64,000 nt of DNA, from contig DAHVLZ010000019.1 of NCBI GenBank assembly GCA_027320085.1, forward strand, positions 64,001 through 128,000, given 5' to 3'. The stretch comes from Pseudomonadota bacterium (GTDB lineage: Bacteria; Pseudomonadota; Gammaproteobacteria; JAKAQQ01). The translations under genes and the position numbers were made by a program. Of this stretch, positions 48,991 to 57,900 are shown in pieces. The notes beneath the pieces are model-generated. The model ran no database searches. It was not told where the DNA came from and worked only from the letters and a program-made list of their open reading frames with translations. How positions within the stretch are numbered: position 1 is the stretch's first letter; each line of letters opens with the position of its first letter.

Positions 48991-49992
48991 CTAGCCTAGT
49001 AGTGCAGCTAGGTCTTCTGCCCTTAGGTGAGTATAGCGTTTCAACATCTGCAACGTCTTGTGTCCCGTGATGGCGGCCACCTGCATCGGGTTCAGACCCC
49101 GCTCAAAGAGTCGGGACGTGGCCTCGTGGCGCAGATCGTGGAACGCCAGGCTCTCGATCTTGGCCTCGGCACAGACGCGCTCAAAGGCTTGTGAGATCGA
49201 ATCTGGCCGCATGGCCCAGACCTCGCCGTCTATGCGCCGTGGGAGAGCATCTAAGACGGCCAGGGCGCGGGTAGAGAGCGGCACACGCCGGGGCGTTCCC
49301 GTCTTGGTTTCCGGGATCAAAAGCACCCGGGCTCGCTGGTCCACATGCTCCCACCGCATGGCGGCGATCTCGCCGCGGCGCATGGCGGTCTCTATGGCCC
49401 AAGTGATGATCGGGCCGATCTGCCCGCCGTAGGTGGTGGCTTCTTCCAAGAGCTGCTTTCCCTCGTCGCTGACCAAGCGACGGTCGCGGCCGGGTGGCAG
49501 CTTAGGGCGCTGGCTTTTCACAATGTCCACGGGGTTCGAGAGGGATTCCATGCCCCATGCCGTGCGGGCGGTATTGAACAAATGGGAGAGAAGGTTGAGC
49601 TCTTTGTGGATTGTCGCCGGTGCGGCGTTTTCGCCGGCGCGTTCGCGCACGTATTTCGCCATGTCTTTCCCTCTGATGACGGCGAGCGGACGAGATGCGA
49701 GCGCGTGACGCTGCCAGCGCTCGATCCGAAAACGCTCGACCGCCGTGCCTCTCTTGCCAGGTGTTATCTCCTGCGCGTAGCACTCCAGAGCCTCGCGCAG
49801 GGTCGTGCTCTCGGCCTCCGCGCGGGAGACGAACACGCCGCGCCTCATCTCAGATTCGATGGTGGTCGCCCAGGTCTCCGCCTTGTCCTTGCTGTCAAAC
49901 GTGGCGGTTTGCTGAGGGTAACCCCGCCGGCGAATGAGGACTTGCCATACCCGGCGGCCGCCAGGGCCTTTGCGCGAAACGTAGGTCGCCAT
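48991..49992 (-). CDS. Tyrosine recombinase/integrase (Rci/Pf1-like clade)
   Basis: TAMRRGE, TKTG, FHDLRHEA, TGHK, RYTH: complete R-K-H-R-H-Y set. Confidence 0.95.
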   Translation of the reverse strand: MATYVSRKGPGGRRVWQVLIRRRGYPQQTATFDSKDKAETWATTIESEMRRGVFVSRAEAESTTLREALECYAQEITPGKRGTAVERFRIERWQRHALASRPLAVIRGKDMAKYVRERAGENAAPATIHKELNLLSHLFNTARTAWGMESLSNPVDIVKSQRPKLPPGRDRRLVSDEGKQLLEEATTYGGQIGPIITWAIETAMRRGEIAAMRWEHVDQRARVLLIPETKTGTPRRVPLSTRALAVLDALPRRIDGEVWAMRPDSISQAFERVCAEAKIESLAFHDLRHEATSRLFERGLNPMQVAAITGHKTLQMLKRYTHLRAEDLAALLG

Positions 49993-50112
49993 AACACCCC
50001 CCTTATAACACCTTGATAACACCCATTCGCCGGAACGCGGCCGGATGATTTGCGACAACGGATTGTCGCAGGATTGTCGCAAAAGGAAGGGTTGGCTGGC
50101 TAGTTGGCTTGC

Positions 50113-50125
50113 TAAGTGCTTGATT
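50113..50125 (-). promoter_or_regulatory. IHF consensus site in the attL arm
   Basis: Minus strand aatcaa-gcac-tta. Confidence 0.65.
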
Positions 50126-50128
50126 TTA

Positions 50129-50203
50129 TGGTGGGCGATGCAAGGTTCGAACTTGCGACCCCTGCCGTGTGAAAGCAGTGCTCTACCGCTGAGCTAATCG
50201 CCC
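50129..50203 (-). tRNA. tRNA-Val(CAC)
   Basis: gggcgattagctcagcggtagagcactgctttCACacggcaggggtcgcaagttcgaaccttgcatcgcccacca; full cloverleaf with CCA. Confidence 0.96.
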
Positions 50204-50270
50204 CGGGGCCATCTTGCGTCTTTCGGATGCTCATCTTAACATGGCCAAACCGTCCGAGCATGCCTGCTCC

Positions 50271-50984
50271 ATGATCTTCCGCCAGTTTTTTGATCCGGTT
50301 TCCTGCACCTATACCTACGTTCTGGGGGACGAGGCGGGGCGGGAGGCGTGTCTCATCGACCCGGTTCTGGAGCAGGTCGATGAGTATGCCCAATGGCTCG
50401 ATGAACAAGGGGTCCGCCTGGTTTATGCCATTGACACCCATATCCATGCGGACCACATCACGGGCTTGGGACGACTGCGCGAGCGGACCGCCTGCCGGAC
50501 GGCGATGGGGCAAAGGAGCTCGGCCGAGTGCGTGGACGTCAAGCTTGCGGAAGGCGAATCCCTCTCCGTGGGGACTCTCGCGCTCAGGTTCCTTTATACC
50601 CCGGGTCATACCGACGACAGCTACAGCTATGTCATGGCCGACCGGGTGTTTACGGGGGATGCACTTCTGATCCGGGGGACCGGCCGGACGGATTTCCAGA
50701 ACGGGGATCCCTACCAGGCCTATGACAGCCTGTTCCACAAGCTCCTGCTGCTGCCGGAAACCACTGCGGTTTATCCTGCGCATGACTACCACGGAAAGAC
50801 CGTGAGCACGATTGGCGACGAGAAGAGATTCAACCCGCGGCTCCAGGTCCGCTCAGCCCGGGAATACGCGGATCTCATGGCCTCCCTCAAACTGCCGGAT
50901 CCGCGTCTCATGGACGTTGCGGTTCCCGCCAACCGGCGGTGCGGCCAGGTTGCCCCACAAAACGATGCCGGACCGGTTGGATGA
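50271..50984 (+). CDS. Persulfide dioxygenase (ETHE1/Sdo-like MBL fold)
   Basis: THIHADH, TPGHT, FTGDALLIRGTGRTDFQ, YPAHDY, VPANRRCG. Confidence 0.9.
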   Translation: MIFRQFFDPVSCTYTYVLGDEAGREACLIDPVLEQVDEYAQWLDEQGVRLVYAIDTHIHADHITGLGRLRERTACRTAMGQRSSAECVDVKLAEGESLSVGTLALRFLYTPGHTDDSYSYVMADRVFTGDALLIRGTGRTDFQNGDPYQAYDSLFHKLLLLPETTAVYPAHDYHGKTVSTIGDEKRFNPRLQVRSAREYADLMASLKLPDPRLMDVAVPANRRCGQVAPQNDAGPVG

Positions 50985-51049
50985 GCCGCAAGCGAGTGGG
51001 GAAACTCGGGTAAAATGACGCATCTTCCGGCCCCCTTCGGATCATTCCG

Positions 51050-52504
51050 TTGTCTCCATCCCATCGTCTGACCGACCCTCCGGTTGAACACCGCGTCGAC
51101 CGGGTGCGGACCCGCTTTGCGCCGAGTCCCACCGGCTTTCTGCATATCGGAGGGGCGCGGACCGCCCTTTTCAATTGGCTGTATGCCCGCCATTTCGGCG
51201 GTGATTTCATCCTGCGGATTGAAGACACCGATACTCACCGTTCCACGGCAGCCTATAGCCAAGCCATCGTCGAGGGACTTGCCTGGCTCGGACTCGATCC
51301 GGATGAGGGCCCCATCTACCAGAGTGGACGTTTCGAACGGTATCAGGCCGTCGCCGATACCCTGATCCGGCAGGGGTCGGCCTATCGCTGCTACTGCACC
51401 CCGCAGGAACTGGAAGAGCGGCGGAATGAGCAGACTCGCCGGGGTGAAAAACCCCGTTACGACGGGCACTGTCGGGATTTGACCGTAGCCCGTCCCGGCG
51501 TTTCGCCGGTCGTTCGTTTCCGGACTCCGCAAGAGGGGGCGGTGGGTTTCACCGACTCTGTCCGGGGAGCCATCGGTTTTGAAAACGCGGAGCTGGATGA
51601 TCTTGTCATTCTGCGATCCGATGGGACCCCGACCTACAATTTCGGGGTGGTGGTTGATGATCATGACATGGAGATCACCCATGTGATCCGGGGGGACGAC
51701 CACATCAACAACACCCCCCGTCAGATCCACATCTATCACGCGCTCGGCTTTCCCCTGCCGGAGTTCGCGCACCTGCCGATGATCCTGGGTCCGGACGGTT
51801 CGCGGCTTTCCAAGCGCCACGGCGCCGTGAGCGTCGAGCAGTACCGGCTTGATGGCTTCCTGCCGGAAGCCATGGTCAACTACCTGGTCCGACTCGGTTG
51901 GTCGCATGGGGATCAGGAAATTTTCCCGACGGACGAGATGGTGCAGTACTTCGACCTGACCGCCATCAGCCGGTCTCCCGCGATTTTCAATCGGGACAAG
52001 CTCACCTGGCTCAATCAGCACTACCTCAAAAGCTTGCCTGGGGAGAGGATCCGGTCCGCGCTGGAACCACTCCTGCCGATCATCGGTCTTTCGGAATGGG
52101 CGAGTCCCGCACTCGGTGCCGTAATCCCCCTCCTGCAGGGACGCAGCCGGACCTTGACGGAGATGGCCGAGTCATGCCTGGTGTTCTACCGTGAACCGCA
52201 AGCCTACGATGAGAAAGCCTGGAGGGAGCATCTCGGATCCGGCCAGGAGCACTTGCTGGAAGTCGTTCGGAAGCGACTCGATGCCCAGTTGGAATGGACA
52301 CCAGAAGCCCTTCATCACATCCTCACCGAGGTCGCGGAGGCTCAAGGCCTGAAGCTCGGACAGGTGGCCCAGCCGATCCGGGTGGCGCTCACCGGGAATA
52401 CCGTCTCACCTCCGATCGATCAGACCCTGGCCGTATTGGGAAAGGAACGGTCGCTCGCCCGCCTGGACCGGGCCCGAGCCAGGCAGGCCGGACTTGCGGG
52501 GTAA
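51050..52504 (+). CDS. gltX: Glutamate--tRNA ligase
   Basis: RFAPSPTGFLHIGG, LRIEDTD, IRGDDH, LSKRHG; anticodon-binding domain present. Confidence 0.97.
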   Translation: MSPSHRLTDPPVEHRVDRVRTRFAPSPTGFLHIGGARTALFNWLYARHFGGDFILRIEDTDTHRSTAAYSQAIVEGLAWLGLDPDEGPIYQSGRFERYQAVADTLIRQGSAYRCYCTPQELEERRNEQTRRGEKPRYDGHCRDLTVARPGVSPVVRFRTPQEGAVGFTDSVRGAIGFENAELDDLVILRSDGTPTYNFGVVVDDHDMEITHVIRGDDHINNTPRQIHIYHALGFPLPEFAHLPMILGPDGSRLSKRHGAVSVEQYRLDGFLPEAMVNYLVRLGWSHGDQEIFPTDEMVQYFDLTAISRSPAIFNRDKLTWLNQHYLKSLPGERIRSALEPLLPIIGLSEWASPALGAVIPLLQGRSRTLTEMAESCLVFYREPQAYDEKAWREHLGSGQEHLLEVVRKRLDAQLEWTPEALHHILTEVAEAQGLKLGQVAQPIRVALTGNTVSPPIDQTLAVLGKERSLARLDRARARQAGLAG

Positions 52505-52522
52505 AGAGAGATACCTCAAAGC

Positions 52523-52552
52523 TTGACAGAACCCATGGGATGCCTTGAAAAT
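52523..52552 (+). promoter_or_regulatory. Probable sigma70 promoter of the tRNA pair
   Basis: TTGACA-N18-GAAAAT, 12 bp upstream of tRNA-Ala. Confidence 0.5.
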
Positions 52553-52564
52553 GATCGGCTCCGG

Positions 52565-52640
<76 letters not shown>

Positions 52641-52664
52641 CGTCACCTTTGCTCCCGGAGTTTC

Positions 52665-52740
52665 GTCCCCATCGTCTAGAGGCCTAGGACACGGCCCTTT
52701 CAAGGCCGTAACACGGGTTCGAATCCCGTTGGGGACGCCA
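52665..52740 (+). tRNA. tRNA-Glu(TTC)
   Basis: Cloverleaf; cggcc-ctTTCaa-ggccg; CCA. Confidence 0.97.
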
Positions 52741-52970
52741 ACTTTTGGCTCTCGCGAGCAGTTTCCGGAAGCGTCCCGATACGGGTCAGGCCGCTCACCT
52801 CGTACTCCCTGTGACCGACCGGCTGGCTGGAACTTCATTGGCTCGGCCAGAAGCTCGACCAAGGCCGACCGTGCGGCGGCGGTTTCCGAGTGCAGGACGT
52901 GGCGCAGATGCGCCGCGCGCTGGGTGATCAAACCCTCCATCGCTTGCCAATCCCACGGCAAAGCCATGGC
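52700..52970 (-). pseudogene. C-terminal remnant of a large serine recombinase reading into tRNA-Glu
   Basis: HLRHVLHSETAAARSALVELL...F.P, then frameshifted EYEVSG...LASPTGFEPVLRP*; resembles the tails of tRNA-targeting serine integrases. Confidence 0.55.
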
Positions 52971-53303
52971 AACCGCCCATTCGCCGGGGCAAAGCGCGGG
53001 AAGCGTGCGCTGATGGGTCCAAACACCGGGCGGGTTGCATCAATGGAGTTACTGGCGGAGTTGCCGAACGTCACAAATCGGCCAGGAGCCGTCACTCACG
53101 GATTGCGAACATCGGCGAAACAAACGTCGGCAGTACACTCAACAGTTGACGCCGCGAGGGCAAACCGACTTCACGCTGTTCAGCCACACGGGCTGTCGAC
53201 AAAGACCGTCATTAGACAGCCTGTGACTCTTCCCTGACTTTCGGAAGGTCATCTTCCGGAAGCCTTCGGAGTAGTTCGCCGCGTAGGCACCGCGACCTGA
53301 CCG

Positions 53304-54227
53304 TTAGCGCCAGGTCCCGCCATTCGGGTCCCATCGGCCTTTGGCGCCTTCCGGCAGCGCAAGGTTTGCGATAACAGGGCCGAAGAAGCGCCGCAGCTCC
53401 GCTTGCAGGTCGATGAAGGACAGCGGTTGAAGGGTCGGTGGATTTCGGCGCAGGAAGCCACTCCAAAGGCCGCGCTCCTCAGCAATCTTCGCAAACCTTT
53501 CCGTAAGACCCACCGGCATTTCGCTCGGGATCGCAATCTCGCGGCGCCGAAGCGTTCCTGAGACGGCTTCAGCCAGGCTAGGTAGGTCGAACGGGAACGT
53601 GCGGGTCGTGACCCAAATATCATGAAAATCCTTGATCCTTCCGTTCGCCTCCCCGAAGCGGATCATCGCTTCGAACTTCTCAGCCACCACGGCTTCAGGC
53701 GGGTACATCAGGATATTCGCCGCGGATAGATCTGGCAGGAGGGCTGGGAAGGTCTGCCGCGTCGGTGGAGGGTAGACATAGTCGCCAAAACCGACGTCCA
53801 CATGCACGGGAATGATTGCCTTGGCCAGTTCGCCCGTCAGGTTCAGCTGGGCGCCTTGGTACTTGTCGGCTTCGCGCACCGGCTCGACTCGCAGGCTTGC
53901 CGGGTCGAAGACAATGCCGTCGTCGGGGGCTTGGACCTGGCAGATGCGGGTAAAGAGTTCGGTGATGGCGGCAGGGTCAGAGTCGCCCTGGCCGAGCAAG
54001 TCGAGGTCACCGGTGGGCCGGAAGGCGTGCTCGGGCCAGGTGACGAACAGCATGGCGCCCTTGAGCACATAGTGCTCGGCAGCCTCCGTCTGACTGAGCC
54101 GATAGAGCAGGCGTTCGATAGCGTAGCGCGTCAAGACTCGCTGGTAGTCATCGCGATGCTCCTTGGCATGCTGGAGCAGCCGCGCCCTGATGGATGCCGC
54201 GGGATTCTTTAGAGTCTTGCCATTCAT
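53304..54227 (-). CDS. abiEii: AbiEii/AbiGii nucleotidyltransferase toxin (type IV TA)
   Basis: YAIERLLYRL, VLKGAML, RPTGDLDL, DVGFGD, AEKFEA, RIKDFHD; ATGA overlap with the antitoxin. Confidence 0.93.
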   Translation of the reverse strand: MNGKTLKNPAASIRARLLQHAKEHRDDYQRVLTRYAIERLLYRLSQTEAAEHYVLKGAMLFVTWPEHAFRPTGDLDLLGQGDSDPAAITELFTRICQVQAPDDGIVFDPASLRVEPVREADKYQGAQLNLTGELAKAIIPVHVDVGFGDYVYPPPTRQTFPALLPDLSAANILMYPPEAVVAEKFEAMIRFGEANGRIKDFHDIWVTTRTFPFDLPSLAEAVSGTLRRREIAIPSEMPVGLTERFAKIAEERGLWSGFLRRNPPTLQPLSFIDLQAELRRFFGPVIANLALPEGAKGRWDPNGGTWR

Positions 54228-54838
54228 TGCACCGCTTTGATATAGGGCGCGATCCGTTCGGTGACGCGATCGATGGCTGCGTACTTCATCAGCTCGCTCG
54301 GGGTAGTCTTTCTTTTGCGCAAGGCGTCCCGCAGCGCTTCGATGGCGACGTCCTCGCCAATATGGCGGCGATGCTTGAAGCAATCCGCTACGGTTTTTGC
54401 GACACCGTAGATCGGCACGTCGACCCCCTCTATGCGGATGTGCTCGATGCCCGCAGTCAGGACCGCACCAGTGGCGCGAACAATCTCGAGCCGCGGATTC
54501 CGCACGTTCGGCGTCCTGGCTCCGTGAGGAATGGTCATCCAGACCGCGTGCGGCAGCTGAGTAGTCAGTTCGTGGTACCGAAGCGCACTGACGAGGCTGA
54601 TCACGCCGTTCGGGGCGAGACGGGCGGCTTCAGCCAGGTCATGAGCAACGTCCTCGCCCACGCGTTCCGGGTCTTGGTAGAGGCCGCGGCCAAGCTGGAC
54701 AAGGTCGCCGGCGTCGGTCAGGCGCTTCAGGTAGACCAGAGGGATGCCCGCCGCTTTGAAATCGCGTGCGCGCGCAATTCCCCTGTCATGGATGAGGCGG
54801 AGCGCGCGTTCGCGATAAGTTATATGACGTTCAGCCAT
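54224..54838 (-). CDS. abiEi: AbiEi antitoxin (wHTH plus C-terminal domain)
   Basis: LGRGLY, ISLVSALRYHELTTQLP, KTVADCFKHR, ALRDAL. Confidence 0.92.
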   Translation of the reverse strand: MAERHITYRERALRLIHDRGIARARDFKAAGIPLVYLKRLTDAGDLVQLGRGLYQDPERVGEDVAHDLAEAARLAPNGVISLVSALRYHELTTQLPHAVWMTIPHGARTPNVRNPRLEIVRATGAVLTAGIEHIRIEGVDVPIYGVAKTVADCFKHRRHIGEDVAIEALRDALRKRKTTPSELMKYAAIDRVTERIAPYIKAVQ

Positions 54839-54922
54839 TGTGTTATCTATTGTAGTCAATAATATACATCAATCAACATAAAGTAACAGTTGATAAATTA
54901 CAGGTGAGATCATATAATTTTT

Positions 54923-57900
54923 ATGATCATGGATCAAGCTACCTCAATCGACGATCTTACGCCCAAACATGTCCGAGCCGCACGGGCACTCCTGGCCTGG
55001 TCCCAGCAGGATCTCGCCAAGGCGGCGGGCGTGGCGACTTCGACAGTCGCTGACTTTGAAAGGGGTAAGAGAACCCCAGTTGCCAACAACGCCCAAGCCA
55101 TTCGCAGCGCCCTCGAGGGCGCCGGCATCCGCTTCCTGCCCACGGGGGCAGTGATTGGACCGGCCATTCCGAGCATCGTGCCGAGCGAGCGTCCTGGCAC
55201 GCCGATTCGATGGGTGGATGCGGAAAATCTTTCAGACTGGGCGAACCGCAACGATGGCGCCGTAAGCCTGCCGACCCTCATCGCTCATCTTATTCGCGCC
55301 ACCCACGGTCCGGCCGTCCAGCTCCGCTTTCCCGCCGACGGGGGTGTGCGGCACCCGGGCTGGGACGGCCACACCTCGACCGAGACCGGAAGCACCTACG
55401 TGCCGCAGGGTGAAACCGGCTGGGAGATCAGCAGCCAGCGCAGCAACATAGCGCAGAAGGCGATAGAGGATTACCGCAAGCGCACGGCGGCGCCTGCGCC
55501 GCTCGTCCCCGCCCACGCCGCCTTTGTCTTCGTCACCCCCCGCCATTGGCCCAAGAAAGACGAGTGGGCAAAGGCCCGCCGCGATGAAGGTGTCTGGCGA
55601 GAGGTCCGTGCCTACGACGCTGACGACCTCGTCCACTGGATCGAGCAGACACCCGCAGTCGGACTTTGGCTGGCCACTCGCCTTGGTAAGCGGCCCGCTG
55701 GGATTCGCGAACTCGACAATATCTGGGAAGAGTGGTCGTGTGCAACCCAGTGGCCCCTCACGCCCGAACTGGTCCTCAGCGATCGGGACCAGGACGCAAC
55801 GGCAGTGCTGCAGTGGCTACGCGGCGAGCCGTCCGTCTTCTCCCTCCGAGCGACCACGACGGATGAGGTGATCGCGTTTTTCCACGCCACCCTCAGCATG
55901 CTGCCGGACGACATGGCGGCCGCCTATCGGGCCCATTGCCTCGTGGCGACCACGACTGCGGGCGCCCGGGCGCTGGCTAACGCGCCAGCGCCCCTGATTC
56001 TCCTTCTGACCGAACCCGAGCCCGGTCTGGCACGGACGCTCGTGGAACGGGGTCACTATGTGCTGCAGGCCTATGACGAGCGGCCGGTCGCGCGCGGCGA
56101 AGTCCGCACCCTCGCACGGGCATCACGCGAAGGGATCGCCAGGGCGCTGATCGCGGCCGGAATCGCCAAGCCTCGGGCTGAGGCGCTCGCGCGCGACAGT
56201 GCCCGCAATCTTACGGTCCTCCGCCGCCTCATCCCCGGCGCGCCGGGGCGCCTTCCTCGCTGGGCGCAAGACCCCCCCCCCCACGCCTTGCTGGCGGCAC
56301 TGCTGGCAGGTGGTTGGGACGAGAACATGGAGGTTGATCGGGCTCTACTCGCCGCGATTGCCGACCAGCCGTATGAAACCGTCATCACCGTCCTGGCGCC
56401 GTACGTCGGCGATTTCGACGCCCCGCTGCAGAAGATCGGCTCGACATGGCGCATCGCGTCGCCAGCGGACGCGTGGTTCCTGCTCGCGCCGTACCTGACG
56501 AGCGCCGACCTAACGCGTTTCGAGGCCGCGGCGCACACCGTGCTCGGCTCGGCGGACCCGCGTTACGAGATGGACCCCAAGGAGCGCTGGATGGCAGCGG
56601 TGCGCGACATCCGGCCGGCGTATTCGGGGCTGCTGCGTCACGGAATCGGGCAGGTGCTGATCCTGCTCTCGCTGTGGGGCGACAGGGTCCGTACCGTGCC
56701 CGACGCCGCGCGGCGCGCCGACGCCATCGTCGACAAGCTGCTCCGCAAGGCCGACGCACAACGGTGGTGGTCGCTCTCCCGGGATTTTCGACTGCTCGCC
56801 GAGGCCTCGCCCGGGGCCTTCCTGGGTGCCATCGAAGACAGCCTCGATGAGGACGATCCGCCCATCCACGCCCTGTTTGGCGCCGACGAGGGGGGCGTGT
56901 TCGAGACCGAACACCTCTCAGACCTGCTTTGGGCGCTGGAGTCCCTGGCCTGGTCGCCGGAACTGATGCCTCGGGTGACCCATGTCCTCGCACGGCTCGA
57001 CGCCATCGATCGCCCGCCTGGGCGGAACGGGAATCGGCCGGCGAACAGTCTCCGCACAATTCACCTGCTTTGGTACCCCCAGACCTATGCAACGCTTGAC
57101 CACCGACTTCAGGCTCTCGACCTGATTCGTAAGCATGAACCCGATGCTGCGTGGAAGCTGATGCTCCGTCTCCTGCCGAAAGGGCCCGATACCGCGAGCC
57201 CGACCCCCATGCCGCTGTGGCGTGACTTCCCGATCGGCAACGTCGAAGACGTCACCTGGGGTCTCGTTGGGCACGGGGCCACCGCCATCACCGAACGGCT
57301 CGTCGCCGACGTGGGTGTGAACGCAGAACGCTGGTTGCAGCTGCTCGATCACCTGGCCGCTCTGGCTCCGGATTCCCAGGCTGGAATCGCAGCGCTCGAG
57401 GCGGCTGCGCCGAAGATTACGGACAAGGCCGATCGCGACCGGCTCTGGACGAGTCTGCGGCGCGTGCTGCACCACCATCACCACCACCGACGGTTCCCGG
57501 GCGCCAAATGGTCCATACCGACCGAGTTGCTGGATCGGCTGGAAGCGATCTACGAGCGCTTCGCGCCCTCGGATCTGCTTGAGCGCACGGCCTGGCTCTT
57601 CGAGCAATCCGCAGTACTACCCGAACCTTCGACAGCGGGCTGGGAGGCGCAGGTGCACGACATCGACGCTGCCAGACAGGAGGCGGCACGAATGTTGTTC
57701 TCCGAAGGCGGCGCGACATCCATCCTGGCGCTCGCGCGTCTCGTCGACGCGGCCGGGCACATCGGCAAGGCGCTCTACAACAGCGGACTTTCGGAGTCCG
57801 GCCTCGATTCGCTCCTCGAGGCGGCGCTGCGGAGCAACAACGATCATGAACGGGACGTCGCCCATGGCCTGATCATCTCCGTCTTCCGCGATCGAAAGGA

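Larger units (their letters stand above)
39910..50176. mobile_element. ~10.3-kb genomic island integrated in tRNA-Val(CAC), with defence cargo
   Basis: tRNA at one end and a tRNA 3' fragment at the other; integrase beside the tRNA; AlpA/Xis-like gene; visibly more AT-rich cargo. Confidence 0.92.

Noticed and set aside
48991-49992. Shufflon/invertase role for the Rci-like recombinase (for example hsdS shuffling)
   Set aside because: No inverted repeat sets or alternative hsdS cassettes seen; position beside the tRNA att fits an integrase
53187-53225. Inverted repeat cacgggctgtc...gacagcctgtg as an IS end or terminator
   Set aside because: No transposase or partner end, and no U-tract; function cannot be supported
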